Notes: generated from the letters alone by a model not told the origin. A DNA stretch of 64,000 nt from Octopus sinensis (GCF_006345805.1 NC_042998.1:56048001-56112000); one strand, 5' to 3'; shown: positions 14,901-29,900, counted from the stretch's first letter. Program-made: numbers and translations.

Positions 14901-17900
14901 TTTTAAGAATCTTCTTTTGTAGGTATTATTATTTTCATAATCACAACTATTGTTATTGTATTATCTCAATTCTAAATCTGCTTATTAAAGCTTACAAACC
15001 AAATTAATCATTGAAAGGCAAAACAACAAAAGCTCTTCAATGATTTCCTGGTTCAGTTTTCAGTTTATATTTTGAAAAAATACATGAACATGGAACATTG
15101 GGTTTATGGTCATCAAACAAAACACTCCTTTATGTTTGCCTAAAACTTCATGTCTTTTTAAAACCAATATTATTTTTTAATGGTGATGTTGTTTTTAATA
15201 TTAAATGTTGTTTCAATATTTTAATTTCAAACTTTAGAACAAATACTTTCCTATGTTAATATTCAGCTCCATATTAAAAAATTTTAAATATTAACTCAAA
15301 CTATACAGATATATTCATAATAACCTTAATGTTCCTTTATTTATCAACTAGCAGTATCGCCCGGCGTTGCTCAGGTTTGTAAGGGAAATAACTATAAAGT
15401 ATTTTTAGAGAGTTATAGCCAAAAAATAGCAAAAAAATGGAAAAAAAATGATGGTAAATTTTTTTTTGAGATTTAAAAAAGGTGGAGTTGCGTCCCCTAG
15501 ACAGTTTGTGGTTCGTGTTTCTGATTCTCGACCCCATGTCGAATTTATCGATTTTTTCAGAACTGGGGGAACTTTTCAAAATTTTCACTGCGTTAGTTTT
15601 GAATTATGACATTGGGCTATGTGTGTGTCAAGTTTCAGCAGAATCGGTTGAAAGCCGTGGTCAGGGTGAGGGTACAACCTGACAGACACACAGAAACACG
15701 CACAGACAAACTGCCGTTTATATATAGAGAGATATACAAGTTGGATTTTGAAAATTAAATTACTTCTGCTTTATTTACAATTAAACTGGATAAAATCACT
15801 CAAATATTTTTAAAAACTGTAGCTTTAATCCTTAATTATGTGTATGAGCCCCAAAATCCAAAGGGCCAAAGAAGCAGCACCTAGACACATTGTCTTTATG
15901 TAATATAGCTAAATTACATCAGCTTTTTGAAACCCATTACTTTTTTAGAATAAACTCATGGGAGTTTTGAACTCAGCACTGTGATTTAATGAAGATGTTT
16001 CAATTATATACTGCATGTATGACTAACTTTATCATATTTTACCTGTGTATTTACTGCCTTGATTGTGAATACAATGAAGTACAGTTAACAAGATAGTGAT
16101 CTTTCAGCCATTCAATTGACTTACCTGGCTGCAGCTTAAAAAAATGTTAAAAACTAGAATAAACAAAATTTGTATCAGTGTATAAAATATATAAATACAT
16201 GTATGGTCTACAAAACTGAAAATTCAATATTTGATATAAACTGTTTATATAAAGGAAGTTGCAACAATTGCCATTTAATATATATTTTTCCTTTTTAGAC
16301 AGGAGTGAAGCGTTCAGTTAAACTTCAAGATGGATTAATCCATCTAAAGGTATTTGTTACTAACCCGCTTCTTAAACTCTCTTATTTATAAATTTATGGT
16401 TTAAATTTATATCAATATCATTTATTTCAAAATAATTCTGTCATCACTTAGTTAAAGAATGTCATTTGAAATTAAATCCATCTTACTAAAATCTTTTATT
16501 ATTGTATTAATTAATTTTATATTTCAATAACAGAGTGTATTTCACTTTGTAATGTTGCCTCTGTAAATATCTTCAAAAAAATGGTCTGCAGTATATGAAA
16601 TTTCTAAGTATTTACATCATTATTAACATTTAAATAATATTATCTTTCTTTCTTCCTAGATGTGATACATTAATTTCTCACAATTCTGTTTGTATTATTA
16701 ATTGCACATTAATAATGATATACTTTTTTCTAGGATGCTACATATGAAGTTATAACCATTAAGGTTTGTGCTTAGATCCTCAGATTTTTGCATGTTTTCT
16801 TACAACTGCACTTTTATTTCTCAAAAAGGTAGCTTCTAAATCAACTCATTTTCTTTCTAATTATCGACATGTGGTATTGAAGTTAGAAAAACTTGAAAGA
16901 AACATACATATCATCATCATCATCATCATCATCATCATGCATGCATGCATGCATGTTTCTTTCAACTTTTCCTATCTTCAGCACAGCATTTACTAGAGGT
17001 CCACCAAACATACCAACTTTGATCTAGGCATTAGAGAGCTCTCAGTTCATACAATGGATTTTGAAAAGCTACACCTCAAAATTCTAAGGCTTTTACTAGA
17101 TATTCTATTAGTTCTAGTTTTGTATAAAGTTCAGGGTAATAAAACCTTTTAGGTCTCACAGGTGGCTGCCTGACTGCATTTAATTTTCTTGGCTGTAATT
17201 CCTACTATGGAGGCCCAGTGAACTTAATGATAATGATCACTAACACACCTGCTTCATCATAAACAAAGAAAGCATAAACATCTTGCATATCTACCCTGTA
17301 AACCAAGCAAAAAGGCAATCATCTTGAAATCCCCTTACATATCTCACTTAAATTCTATTCAGGTGATTTTGTCAAATAGCTGTTGTACGTTTTCATTATA
17401 TTCTTTCATTTGCCCTAAGTAGTAGAGGTGGTTATTGGTTTCCATTGTGAAGTTAACTGTACTTCTAATTAAGAGCTTGTAAGCTCAGATTACAGGTTCT
17501 TAATAAAAGTACAAGTTTCATAGTAATCTAACCACAATAAATATTAATTTCATTTACAGATACTTGTGACATCAGTAGGCTATGGAAGACAATGTCTGGT
17601 TACTGATGGGCTTACCATCACTATCCATCATCATTGTAATGTCAAGAAAGCAAAAAAACATAGTCATCATGATGATTCTCTCCATATTCTGGGAAGACTC
17701 ATTCTCATACCTTTTAGCTATCCTTCATGAATAGATTACCAACTTCCACATATTACATGGAGGTGAGGGTAGCAAAGGTTGTTTTAGTCACTGATAGTTA
17801 CTCTGAAGTACATTCTTTATGCTATCCAAAAATTGGCAGGATTCACAATTTTATGTGATGTTAGTTTGAGTCCAACAAAATATCTATAAAGATAATGTAT

Positions 17901-20900
17901 CTAGCAGGTTTTAGTTTTTTTACTTGAAATAGCAGCTGAATTTTCCTTGGGTTATAGGCTTTTGTCTTAAACAAAAATGACACCATCTGAATAAAATATA
18001 GGATGACATGGCTCACATGCCTTTTATCATAATTTTGTTCACTTAAGGCTAACTTATGGATAAACAATTACAAAACAAGGTGAGAAAATGAGTTAATTTA
18101 CAACTAAATGCTACTATCTTTTTCCACTTTCAGATTCATATTTCTCAAAAGCAAGCATGATGGAAAATATTTACTGCATTTATTTTTCTTCATTTCTTTA
18201 TTTTATTTTATTTTATTTTAAGTTCTGCTTTAGTCTTAACACAAGGAACATTTATCTAGAATGAAAGTGCATGTTTTAATCTTCAGTTTGTTTTGCATGT
18301 ATTGTTAGGGAGACCGTGGCCCCAAAGGCTTACCAGGTGCTCTTGGGGAAGATGCAGAATTAAGAATTATTGAATTAAAGGTAAATAGATATTTTAACTG
18401 ATTTTAGAAATTTTAAAAAATATATATCCAGCGTAGCTTTTAATTAACCATGACATTCAAATATAAATATATATATATTGAGTCATTCCATGAATAATGC
18501 AATTTTTTTATATTTCTTTTATTTTTCAAAATTAAGATAAACAAAGTTATTTTTTAATCTAAAATATACTCTTTCATTTTCTACAATGCTTTATTATCTA
18601 TCAGGTAGACTTGCAAGGACCCTCTTCCAAAATTCACTTGTCTGTGACAAAAAATACTCCTCCAGTACTGTTCTGACCTCATCTACAGAATTCATTTTTT
18701 TCCCATCCAAATGATTTTGAAGACTGCAAAATAAATGATAATCAGATGGGGCAATGTCTGGCGAATATGGTGGGTGGGGCAGCGTTTCTCATTCAAACTG
18801 CCCCAACCTTTGGAATGTCATCCTCACTGTATGTGGCCAAGCATTATCCTGATGGAAGAAAACCTTTCATCTTGAAACCAAAGGTGGTCGTTTTCCTTCT
18901 AGTGCTGACTTAAGCCACTGAAGCTGCTTTTGTTATCGTTTGGTTGGGTTTAAAATTTTAAAGAGGACTAAACTTTTCATATCCCACCAGATAACACTTT
19001 ACATGGGTAAAGACCTTCTTTAGCCTGGGGTGCCAGTGTTTCTCCTTTCCTTACTCACTGTCTTTGGTGCTTTACATTTTTATAGAGAACCCCTTTCTCA
19101 TCACCAGTCACCATTTGATCCAAAAAAGGTTCATTCATGAGACGTGACAGCAAGGAAGAACATACATTCACTCTTTGCACACGATTAGACTCGGCAAGTT
19201 TGTGAGGAACCCATTGACCCAATTTGCTGGCTTTTCCAACTTGGAATTTTCGGACTTGGAATTTCTGGAACCACCGTTGACACTGGCTTACACTCATTGT
19301 TCAATCCCCATATACTGCATTAATATTCTTTGCACTTTCCATCGAGTTGTTGCCTTTATTGAACTCATAAAGCAAAATATACCGAATATGCTCCTTTGTC
19401 ACTTCCATTATATCTTTGAAAAAATACCTGTTAAAATCGAGCTGCACTCTTCAAAGCTTGCACTAAGAATAAGTACAAGATAAAATTACTACCAGCTTTT
19501 ATAGCAAGTTGATGCAGGTAGTTTATCCCATCCCCCTCCAACTTTAAGTTCATGCAATTGAAAAAACTCACATTATTTATGATATATATATATATATATA
19601 TACATACACACACACATGTATATATTCAGTATAGGTTTTAATTAGCCATGATTTTTTAATAATAAAACTGTTATTTTAACACTGTCATTACCATATTTAT
19701 TTTGAGATGCTCTATGTTTCTTTCAACTAATTTTAAATATAACAAAGAATTTAGTAAAATAACTTAGTTATCATTAAGATAGTGTTAGGAACAAAAATTG
19801 TGACTAAGGTTTCATAGAAGATTTTAATTCAAAACTTAAAACAAAACATTTGTTGAGGCGGTTCCAGCTGGGTTGGTATCAAAAGCGTTAAAGCATATTT
19901 ATGGCTAAAGTAGGGCATCACAGGTTTTTGACTGCTCTTGCTATAGCTGTTGCTTATACTAGTTGTCACTTGTTAATATAAATAGTTACTCTATTTGCTC
20001 TAGCTTTATAGTCCCATCCATTGAAGGGTTCTCATCACTAGATAACCAGACATTTTGATAAATCTATACTACCAAATAGTCACCATATTAATATTGCAGA
20101 AAGTAAAATGGAAGACATAATTTTACTATATCTCCAAAAGCTATATTAATATCACATAAGTGAAATAGAATAGCTAAATTTGCAAAACAGCTGATGTATT
20201 GCACAGTTCAAGCTATATCACTACAATATGGACATGGAATGATAAATTTGTATTAAATTGAGTTTACAAAGTTCTTTTATGCAGGAATTTATCCTTTGAA
20301 TCCTCAAATTAAGCTTTTACATCACTAGAAGACCATTTTAGATTTCATTCATGGAAGCAATATACAAATAGGTGATTTCTTTTTTATTTGATAAGCAAAA
20401 TTTATCATTTTTTTCCTGCACTTTTTTCCGGCTTTAGGATGCAGCATAGACAGGAATTTTAAAATTCCTCTTATTGTTTAAATAGCATTTTTTTTATTTC
20501 TTAGTGCTTGCATTATTGTTTTACATTTAAATGCATGTAAATGTTTATTTGTGTTAAACTTTCAAAACATTCCCAAATTGTTCTTTCAAAACATTTTGTT
20601 AGAATAAACAGATTTATTCAAAGCATGTAGCTTACTTGTGTTGCATGATTACATCTGCTTTAGGCAAATTTCCATAATGAAATTTATTACTATAATCATT
20701 TCTACTATATTACTAGATATGCACCATTACAATTCTTATTTACTGTATAAGATTTATATACATTGTAACAATCAAATAATGAATCCTAACCAGTTGGGAG
20801 AATTTTCTTCAAGACCACAATCATAATGCAGTTCATTGTTTTTTTCTGTATCTCCTATATAATTTAGAAGTGCCAAATCAGAATAATTTGTTTTTTTAAT

Positions 20901-23900
20901 ACAATCATTAGACATTATTTCCTAACAATCGCTATATTTTTATTTTCATTATTTCTAGTTTACTTCTTTCAACTTTTTCTTTCCATTTCTTTCTGCACGT
21001 ACAATTAGTTATTCATTTTCATTACTGGGTTGTGTTAGGTAAAAAAAAACAAAAAAACATACAGAACTAAATATTACATTAAAACAACCTGTATTATATT
21101 CATTATTTTAAGTAACCATATTTCTGCTACTGCTTTTTATATTTTAAAATTAAATACAATTTTTATTTCCATTTTAAACTTTTAGGGCGAACCAGGTGAA
21201 GCAGGGCGTCCTGGTCCCCCAGGTCCTAAAGGCACACCTGGTCTGCCAGGATTTGATGGATTAACAGGTGCACCAGGAGAACCAGTAATATTTTTATTTT
21301 ATTTCTATTCAAACTTTATTAAAACTTTGCTAGAAATTTAGTATTTATCAAATAATTAAAACTTTTTTAATATTACTGTTTATAATAGAAAAGGTGTAAT
21401 ATTTACATTTCTTTAATACAGTGTAAATAAAACAGTGTTATTGAAAAGACATCATTCAAAGAAAAAAAATACAGTATTTAATAGTGCCATTGCAATGTGG
21501 TTTAGAAGCTAGATTTGCAGCTTAATGAATCTAAGTTCAATCTTGCTACACAGAACCTTGGGCAAGTGTCTTTCTACCATAGCCTTGTATTGAGCAATGC
21601 CTTTTGAGTGAAATTTGATATTTGGACACTCTGCAGTAGCTAAGTGTAACTGTGTGTGTGTGTGTGTGTGTGTGTGCACGTGTGTGTGTGTGCTTTCAAT
21701 GAAAGCCATAAACATTTGGTAAAAAATTGATAAAATTGGTGTTTTGCAACAAAATACTTTGTGACATTTGTTTTGAGTTGCAAAGATGCTCCTTTGACAC
21801 TCTTACCATTTAAACAAAATGGGTTAAAATAAGTGATTGGTTCACTGGAAACGTCTTAAAAATTGAAGTATATACAATATGAAAAGAAAACAAATAAAGT
21901 TTGGCTGGAACTGGTAAGCCAGAGAGCTGTACAAAGCTTCAGTCTGATTTTGACTTGGTTTCTACAGCTGAATGCCCTCCCTAATGCCAACCACTCCAAG
22001 AGTGTAGTGGGTACCTTTTATGTGTCACCAGCATGAGTGTCTTTTACGTATCATTGTCATGGATGCCTTTTATGTGTCACCATCACAGGTGCTTTTTATC
22101 TGTCATCGTCATGGGTACCTTTTACATGTCACCATCATTTACGTGTCACCATATATTTGTGATGGGATTTGTGCAGCCTGGTTCTATCATAGAAGACGCT
22201 TGCTTAATGGTGCCATGCAATGGGATTGAACTGCAAACCAAATGGTTGAGAAGCATGCTGATATATCATGTATCAGCATGTATATTTAATATCAGTTACT
22301 AATTTACATCTTTCCTTCATTTGTCTCTTATTCAGGTAAGATTTTATTTAAAAATCAGTATATTAGTTTATTTTAAACAATAATGATTCAGACTGCGTGA
22401 CTGTGTGCAAAGATATTTTATCGACAAATTTATATTATTCTTTTATATGTTTCAGCCTTGAGGCTGAAATCTTTTACTGATTAAAAAATTTTAAATACTT
22501 TTATTTTATAGGGTCCGGTTGGTCCACGTGGCCCACCTGTAAGTAATGCTTTTTCTTCATACATTTTTCCTTTTATATTTTTGCTAACTTCTTTTATGAA
22601 TAAATTTAAGTTAGTCCTTTCATAGAATCCCTTCTCTTTTGGATCATACATGATTCCAGTTTCTATAATTGACAAAAATCAAATATCTCAATGGATAGGA
22701 TGGAAGTCTTTAACAAGTTTTAATTTTCACAACCACATATTACACATTATTTGATTTGCAATCCTTTTGCAATTTTATTAGAGTTAAAATATTTTGAACC
22801 CTTTCATTGCTATATTTCTAACCAAAAATACACCCCTTATGTGTTTCAGTGAAATTCTAATACCATCACAAATTTAGACTGGTTTCATAAAACGACTTGA
22901 ATTTTTTTCTCTATTAACATATTAATGTGATTTTTAGAACACAATTCATCAAAAAGCTCTTGAACAAATCTTTTGTATAATTTTAGTCTCAAAGTAGCTA
23001 TATTACAAGTAAAAACAGGTGAATTCAACTATATATAAATTATATAAGGGCTGTTTTCCCACTTTCATTGGCATATAGGCTCCCCACCTGGATGAGACAC
23101 TGGTCCGTTGCAGGTGAGCTGCTAGATGCAGGAGGAAAGAGTGAGAGAAAGTTGTGGTGAAAGAGTTAGCAGAAGTTTGCCATTACCTTCTGCCTGAGCT
23201 GCATGGAGCTGAGGTGTTTCACTCATAAACACATGCATCACCTGATCTGAGATTCAAACCCATGATCCCTCAGCCACGAGCTCGCTGATCTAACCACTAG
23301 GCCATGCGCCTCGGCACCTGTGCCGGTGGCATGTTGCCAGCCTATCCTGGCACCTGTGCTGGTGGCCCGTAAAAAGCACCATCCGTATGTGGCCCATGCC
23401 AGCACCACCTTGACTGGCTTCCGTGTTGGTGACACGTAAAATCCACCAACCGATTGTGGCCGTTGCCAGCCTCCTCTGGCGCCTGTGCCAGTGGCACGTT
23501 AAAAGCACCATCTGTACATAGTCGATGCCAGCACCACCTTGACTAACTTCCATGCCAGTGGCACGTAAAAAGCACCAACTGATCGTGGCCGTTGCCAGCC
23601 TCCCCTGGCACCTGTGCCTGTGGCATGTAAAAAGCACCCACTAAACTCATGGAGTAGTTGGCATTAGGAAGTGCATCCAACTGTAGGAACACTGCCAGAT
23701 CAGACTGGAGACTGGTGCAGCCTCCTGGCTTCTCAGACCCCTGTCAAACTGTCCAACCTATGCTAGCATGGAAAACAGACGTTAAACGATGATGATGATG
23801 ATATATATATTAATGCAATTGAAACAGTTGTGGGATTTTAGGGTATGATATAAAATAAAGATATGATTTTCTTCATACATATTTATTAGTTGTTGTTAAT

Positions 23901-26900
23901 TATTCTGAATGTCTTAAAATTCTGCATAAGGATTGTTGGATATACCTGGGAATTGTATTCTACATACATTTACTGGTATCTACTTGTTGGAAATTTAACC
24001 ATATTCCTTTATACTGATTGCTTACTTGATATCTACCAGGATTTTTTAATCCCATTTTTTCTTATATATATATAAACATTATCAACTACACATACTTTAT
24101 GTATGTTTTTTGTTTCTTTGCTGTGGTATGGCACCTTGAGAATGATTCCCTCTTAGTACTGGGTGATAAGTCATAAACAAGCAAGACAACTTGCCTCAAA
24201 TCCCATACTGATATTTTGCCATTTTTTGTGACTTATCAATCTCACCTACCAGAACCAAACCAGGGACCAACCAAATTGCCATACTATATACAAATAGTGA
24301 GTTGTCTCACTTGTCTATGACTTTCAGGTGTTTTAACACCCAGTGCTTTGAGAGAGTCATCCCCAAAGCACTATACTGCAGTGAACAAGCAAAGCACAAA
24401 CATTGAGTATGTGCAGTCAATAATGTTTACAACATTAGTGCTGTTTTTAATTCATAATTGGATATGTATATATGTATATGGTGTGTGTGAGAGTATGCAT
24501 ATGTGTTTGTATATGTATGTATACACAAATCATGCAATATTTCTGACATCAAATCTAGTAAAGCACCCCACTCTGCAAAATGTAATCTTGCAGAATGCAC
24601 AATGGAGACTTGTTTCAACTGCCCATCCACTGAGATCTTTCCTTTTTTAAGGAAGACATTTTGTGGCACTTGATTTTCTTGAAGTTGTAGGGGCTGGCTG
24701 AATTTGGAGGAATATTCCTCTGGCTGGCTTTAGTTTTTAGTTTTTCTCTCATCATCAATTTTCTTTTTTTTATGAAAAACCAGCCCTCAACTGTGTTGTT
24801 ACATCTGCTTGGAACTGCAGATAGTCACATCACTTTCAAACCTCTTCTGATTTGGTATATCATATAAATACTCATATCTACTACATACCAAACCAGGTAT
24901 CACCACCACTTATTACCTGATCTACTGACTAAGATAATGGCTCATCATTTAATTCAGTTGATCTACATGACCCATGTACCTATTATAATCAAAGTTCATA
25001 AATGGGGTAGCATTTTCACCTACATGCAGTTGGATTATTTCTCATCTCTTTTTTAATTTTGCTTTTTTTATATCCAATGGTATCCCTTTCCTACTTGCAA
25101 CAACTGTAGCACATGCGTATGTTGCCATGACTTCTAAATCCACTGCAAATTTAACTGAACTGAAGATGAGTCAAAAAAAAATAACGTCTGAAAGTGTTGA
25201 ATTCCAGACCACATCAATATATCCTAGACCATGCTGGCTTACATTATTGTCCTTTTTCCCCTTATAAAAGTTCAATCCACTGTGGGTACCCAATGTAAGC
25301 TTTCTAAATCTCAATTTTGATCCACCCACCATTTACTGTGTTTTTCTGAGCATGTGCTGTCAGAAACGTAATCAGCCTTTATATTTCACCATACCCTCAT
25401 CAATGGATAGGTATCTCCCTGGATTGTGTGATGTTTTATATGCATTTTGAATGCAGTCAGTTTGGTTCTTTATGTACTGATGTACTACTAGTGTCTCTTT
25501 ACTGTGATAATTTTGAAAATCTTGTCCATGTCATAATGCTAGATACATATTGATCTCCAAAAATCCCACTGCTGCTTCACTATTTCTTTTTTCTGTTTAG
25601 CTTTCTTACACCCATAATTATATTGATTGCAAAAAAGGCTCAGATTTCATCTAAGTATGTGGAAAACCACGATGATTAGATTCCACAGCAATTGTTTCAA
25701 ACAAACTAAGGGGAAAAACTTAAACGAAAATAGTTTCATGCTTTTATCTCCTGGGAAAAACTGACTAGGCCCAGTCTCCTCAGAAAAATCAATATGAAAG
25801 ACAGTTTTCAAATTTTTACGCCATTCAGGTTCAAATTCATTTTTATGTTGCTACCTGAGTTGTCATCAGAATCGTTGGTTTCACTTTCAGAAATAGAAAT
25901 ATTTAATTCATACTCACACACCACATGGCTTTTGTGTTCATTGTATATTTTACTTGGTTTTGCCATGTCCTTAGTGAAAAATCCCCTCAAATCCTGATTC
26001 ACTATTTAACAACATGAAACTAGTATCCATTTGTCATCAGTATCAAAAATTTTCAAAATATCGATGTAGAAAAAATGTTGAAAAAAATCTCCAAAAATTC
26101 ACAAAGGTCAGATATCATACCAAGTAATGTAAGATACAGTAACTCAATTGTTTATGTAGTGAAATCATGTTCTCACAAGTGTACTAATGAGATTCACACT
26201 GACATTTTCATTTAAATATGACTAGGTTATTTCAGCCATTTTCAGCTAGATTGGTAACATAAGCCAATAAAATTATCAGTCAGCTATGGCCAGACTGGTA
26301 ATGTATTAAAGTGTACTGCCTTGCTGTTTTGAGTTTCTGATATTGTATTGCTTTACCATTTGAATAAAAATTTATATTTATAAATTTATAATATAGTCAG
26401 TCTAATTTTTTAAAAATTTAATTTATAAGCTTACATACTTTGTTTTATCAGAAACTCTACATATCCAAATCCTATTGTCATTTCATGTTTTACAATGTCT
26501 TTCTGATTTATGTACAGAATTTATGAAGAGTGTAATATCCATATTATAATAGTTTCTGTTTTACTTACACTATGTGAATATCTGAATTCTTTTTTTTTTG
26601 TTTTGAAGGGTCCATCAGGTAAAGATGGATTGCCTGGACGTCCAGTAAGTATCTTTTTAATATATACTATTCCAAATAATTTTCTTTGATTATAATTTGT
26701 TCTGTATATCCATATTTTAAAATGACCAAGAATATTAATTTTCTAAAATATGCATGATGCATATACTGCAGTTACCAAATTGTAATATATTCTCAATAAA
26801 AATGAAAGCCAAAAATATTTTTGTATAGTTCTGCTATCTGAAAATGAATGTTCAGGTTGGAAAATCATAACCAAATAAAATACAGAATTACCATTGAAGG

Positions 26901-29900
26901 CTCTAACTTACAAATTTATTGTAAATGCTCTAGTATATTTGGGCAAGGTGCTTAACTCTACCTCACTATATTTGTAAAAATATTTTAGTTACCTAAGTTC
27001 CATGAAAATATAAAATCTCATAAGTATTCCAAGGCCAGTAAATGTCAATGATTTTTTTTTTGTTTCTTTAAAAAACTTGATTTAAAAGGAAATGCACTTC
27101 AGATTCATTTTAATTTGTTGATTTTATTTTACCTTAAATTCTTCAGACTTGTTTCACATGCATTAAAATCTTAATCTAATCAATATATTACTAGTTTAGT
27201 TGGACCAACTGGAAATAGATACTACAATGTAGAAACAACCCTTAGTGCATACAAGAATAACATTATAAAATTGACAAAGAATCCATATGCTTAGTGCTGA
27301 GTTCAACTCTTGAATATTGGGAGAAGTATTCAGTTTAGTTCTGATGCTCAGTTTTTCAGTACTGCGTACCCAATATTCTCTTCTTCAAGCAGATGTTTGC
27401 AACTATATTGGTTCAGATTCTTATTCAAATTTTAGGTTAATATATGTGATTGCTCGTATGTAAGATCCATTTCCATTTTAAATTTATAAGCAACAGCTCC
27501 AAAGTGAACATCTTCTAAGTCATAATAAATAGCTGTCATCTACTAGACATGCTATATTTAGTCACTGAACTATCATAACTCTATTAAGATACTTACACAA
27601 TATATTAATGTTAGCTGTGATAACTTGACAGATTTAATTGCATCTAATATATATATTCAAAAATGCTATACAAAGCCATATTCCTGAGTAAGGAAAGTTC
27701 AGCTAACTTAATACTAAATCAGGTCTACAAATTGCTTCAAATTTATCCTAGAAAGAAGTTTATTTCGATTCTGTTCAGATTATTTACAAATGCATTTTTA
27801 AAAATTCTATTATATCCACAATCCAGTTTCATTATGGGTGTTGGAGAGGCTACAAGGTAGTTAGTGATAAGATACATATAGATCACTGCAATAGTGCATT
27901 TTTATTTCATCATCAGAATCATTGCAGTAAATTTGGAAAATACTCTTTTGCACTATAACTGAAAAATATTTTTTTAACTCTTAATGAGATCATAGTTTTC
28001 AATTTTACCTACATTTCTCCATATTGACAGGTAGATCACCAAATTTGTGTATATAGATGAAGTGTGATTTATTTACTAACTGATTATTTCTGATTATGGG
28101 TATCTATTTTCCAGATAGGGAGATTGATATAATGCAAGTTGAAACAAATTACATATTATCAATCCATCTGCTTGAATTAGTTTACCATAATATCTAAATT
28201 ATGTACACTTAATATTAATTAAATGAAATACCTTGCAGACAAAACAAACAATAGAAATACAAAGTAAGAATGAAAAGTCTTTTACATTTTGTTTGTGGTC
28301 CTTCTTAAAAAAAATAAAGAAGACTAGAGAAAAAAATAGAGAAGAAAATGTTTCAAGACATGAAAATGCAATGTAGTTAGTTTAGTGGCATGGTGTGCAG
28401 TGAGTGGTGGACAAAGGTTGTGTAGCTAGAGGAAGATGAAATTAACAGCTTAGGGTGCAAAGCTCAATGAGGACTCTGGGCAAATAAGTTATTTGTATGT
28501 GTGTGTGAGCATGCATGTGTGTCTGTGATGTGTGGGTGTATGAAGTGTATGTTATGCAGGCTGTCTATATGCATTCAAGTGGTGTGTGTGTATTTACATG
28601 TGATGGTGGTTGTTGTAGTTGTGGTGGTAGTGAAATGTGTATCTAATTTTTTCTTTGTTTTGTTCCTGTGCCATTTCCTTGGACTTTTTTCTCACTTTTA
28701 CAGAGAACTTAGACCCTTACTCTGATTAGTTAATCCAGATAACACAATCTATGATTATTAAAATGTTAATTATATAATATATCATTAGAGTTATGCTACT
28801 AAGTCAAAAATTTAAACGACAAATAAACAATAGAAAGACTAGTTTGTAGTTTAAACAGAAACTTGTTAAGACTGCACTTTTTGCATTGAAAGTTTTAAGC
28901 ATATGTATCTATTAAAGAAATACTATTAAACAAATTTAAAAGAAAGTTTAAATGCATTTTCAAAATATATATATAATGATTGTAATACATGCCAGAAAAC
29001 AGAATTTTGTTATACTTAGTGTTGATGTTTAATTTGATTAATTTACATGAAAGAGGATATTGCAGAAACAATTAGGTAGTATCAATTTCCATTTCATCTT
29101 AATACCCGATCTTTATTGTTTGAACTTTCAGAACTGCTAAAGATAAAGCAATTAGACAATTTATAAAAGATTTTTTTAGCAATTTTTCATTTATAATCAT
29201 CATGTAAGTTAATAATGGTCTTCCCATTTGGTTCTTAATTATAAGTTTTCCATGTGGGTTGTAAACACTGCTTATAGACCATTTTTCTGGTCAAATTATA
29301 GTTAAAAATATCTATTATTATTATTATTATAACAATACTGTTATTGTTGATGATTATAAAAGCCATTTGTATCTTTGTATTTATTAAATTATATACATAT
29401 TAAAGCTGAATTATTTTCTGGTAATATATTTTCATAATGTATCAACAATGATACATCATCAGATGTGTTAATATCATTAGCTATATATATATGCATATAT
29501 ATACATATATATATTTATTACTTGTTAGCTACATTTATGTTGTCACTTTGCTGCAGTCACAAAACTTATTTATTATTAAATTTTTTACTTTTATATTTAT
29601 TTTATATTTATTTTACATTTTATATTTATTTTACATTTGTAAAAAAATTTAATTCTTTAAGCTTATATCATATTTTTTTTATTAATAAATTTTCTTTAAA
29701 TATATTTCAACATACTTGGTAACTTTTAGAATTTTCCATTCTTAGCTTCTAGTAATTAAGAATTAACTGATATCTTGCTCCAAAAATACCATATCCATAT
29801 TTAAATATATTCTCCTATATGAAATTATTAGGATATTAATATTAATAATTTTGGTTTCAATGTCATTGTTCTTAGACATTCATTACTATATAAATGCCTT

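Noticed and set aside
15707-15719. 13-nt match (aacggcagtttgt) between the Helitron 5' region and the MITE left end
   Set aside because: Too short to infer a relationship without family consensus sequences
22481-22675. Minus-strand ORFs containing GGPRGPTGP (and 42084..42281, PGFPSKP)
   Set aside because: Antisense shadows of + strand collagen exons; the splice signals are on the + strand
23240-23310. tRNA-like A/B boxes (also 189-250, 13253-13340)
   Set aside because: SINE heads continuing into repeat bodies; no complete cloverleaf
23290-23637. Repeat array resembling CRISPR or a repetitive protein (TCHRHRC)
   Set aside because: Internal minisatellite of a eukaryotic retroelement; the spacers are themselves repeated and there are no cas genes
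28020-28036. Other AG|GT juxtapositions (28030, 14922, 17362, 54526)
   Set aside because: Weaker donors or tracts; they show the background rate of such motifs
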